Origin: Pecten maximus
Taxonomy: Eukaryota
Direction of reading: 5' to 3'
NCBI RefSeq assembly: GCF_902652985.1
Contig: NC_047030.1
Location: 6,014,001-6,078,000 of the forward strand
Length of the DNA: 64,000 nt
This document shows, piece after piece, positions 62,329 to 64,000 of this stretch. The position numbers and the translations under genes were made by a program. The notes under the pieces were generated by a model, which saw only the letters and a program-made list of their open reading frames with translations, did not search any database and was not told the origin of the DNA. Position 1 is the first letter of the stretch; every line of letters starts with the position of its first letter.

Positions 62329-64000
62329 GGCTCAATACAAACAGTGTCCAGTTGTTCAAAAGATGGTTAGGGTAATCACAGTTTAACAGCTATTTCCCAA
62401 TCACGATGAAAATAGTTTCTGGTTACATTAAATTGACAAAATTTATCGAAATTCTACATATCTCTACTCTCTTACTGTTACCTTATATAAGATGTACTCA
62501 AGGTTTGCAAGAAATGAGAAACAAATTGTTCGCTTATTAAGTGATTAAGCTAATCATGTTTTAAACAACTTGGGCCATGGGACCAGCTCTTAACCGACAT
62601 TTATGTTCATACTTCTTGGTGTCGACAACAGTTAAGTTTATAATAGTCTGGATAAAAACTGTAGAAGCTTCCGATGCTAAAAATATCCGTTCAATAACAT
62701 CATTGATAATACCGATATAACCAGTACTACACGTCCTTCTTTCGTCAGTATAACGACATTCATTGAACAGTCAAACATCATTTGACATAGAGTCTCATAA
62801 CGACCACGCCGAACACAGGTCGAAATGAAAGTAGAAATGAGTTTGTTCATTCATATTTTATTTAAAACATGTACATATATAGATGAATCTACTATAAAAT
62901 TTCGCATTCCTCTGGGAAACACCAGACTATTTGTAGGCGTATTTTCTAAAAGATTATACAGTAAAATCCTGATATTATAAAAAGATAATTACTGTCGTTA
63001 CCATAGTATTGCATCAACGGTCTAAATGTCTACAGGAGCTCAATCTAACCTGCAACAGTTTCGGTATGGATTCCGTTTTGTAAATAAAGTTTATATAACC
63101 GAAAAACAAAAGCAAAACACAAATGATGATAAGAAGAAGAAGAAGAAGAGGAGGAATTTGACAGAAACCGTGAGTTTTATATTGTCCCATCACCGTAAAT
63201 AAATTATGATCGGGTTGGTAACTCCTTGAAGTAAGTATTCTTGTCAACTTTTCTTATGAAAGTAACCCTTTAACTAGGGTACTTAATTTGAAATACTTAC
63301 TAGATTATTATGTTATCAGTGAATGATAGTAAACAATAAACCGTTGACATTCATATAAATATATCCCCAATAGATACAGATCTAATAAAATTGCTATATC
63401 CTTAAACTAAAAGTTGATATATCGTTGAATTAAAATTTGTTCTGTCGTTAAACTAAACATCAACATATCATCATATTCAAAAATCACATGAATGATGTAC
63501 AAATTCATTATTTTTACAGTGAGTAAAAATATTTAGTTCTAGATAATACTCAAACAATGTAACACATTTAACAATACTAAACTAGCACAACAATTAGCCT
63601 TGGGAAAGAAAAATTCAGACTACAACAGGTGCCCCCGGAATGTTGATGATGCTGCAAACAGAGAATATATTATATGATATAGATAGATCCTATTGTGTTG
63701 TTTGTTTTGTATGTAGATATATTGGTTATGTTGTATTAAAGGACATGTTTCACGTTTACTACAACATAATCAATAGATCGTGACGAGCAAATGGATCCGA
63801 ATAACAGTTCCAAAAATACAAAGAAATTTGGTAACTGTGTCCAAGGAAATTGAGATATAATGATGTATGGCATGTGGTTATAATTTAATCTTAATTGAAA
63901 CAAGTGCTTGAATATGCTAAAATATATGCTATTATCCCATCACATACTTAAGTCACTGCTGTGTGCAAAATTTTGAATGGCACCTGCGTAGCCATTTGTA

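Noticed and set aside
60858-62375. 204-405 aa repetitive ORFs on both strands
   Set aside because: They come from a 42-bp minisatellite, are open on both strands, and shift frame at a 1-bp deletion near 61631.

Overview
AT-rich, intron-containing animal genomic DNA; the repeat content and gene type suggest a bivalve mollusc, which is an inference. Manual splicing gives one large + strand gene (10 exons, 1773..23604, ~931 aa) of the KY/hillarin/LTD-1 transglutaminase-like family. It has an MGCG acylation N-terminus, a degenerate catalytic triad, a coiled-coil region and a C-terminal domain resembling the dynein heavy-chain microtubule-binding domain (MTBD). Downstream lies a cluster of five 3-exon genes (119-125 aa; +,-,+,+,+) plus an orphan exon relic. 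Each gene encodes only this dynein-MTBD-like domain and shares both phase-0 intron positions with the last three exons of the big gene. The ORF track largely misses them. A 49-bp satellite at 26.2-27.4 kb and a related ~55-bp array at 55 kb are tandem minimal hammerhead-ribozyme motifs on the minus strand. The rest is an intact Tc1 (DD34E) transposon, MITE, HINE, SINE and LINE fragments, and many minisatellites.
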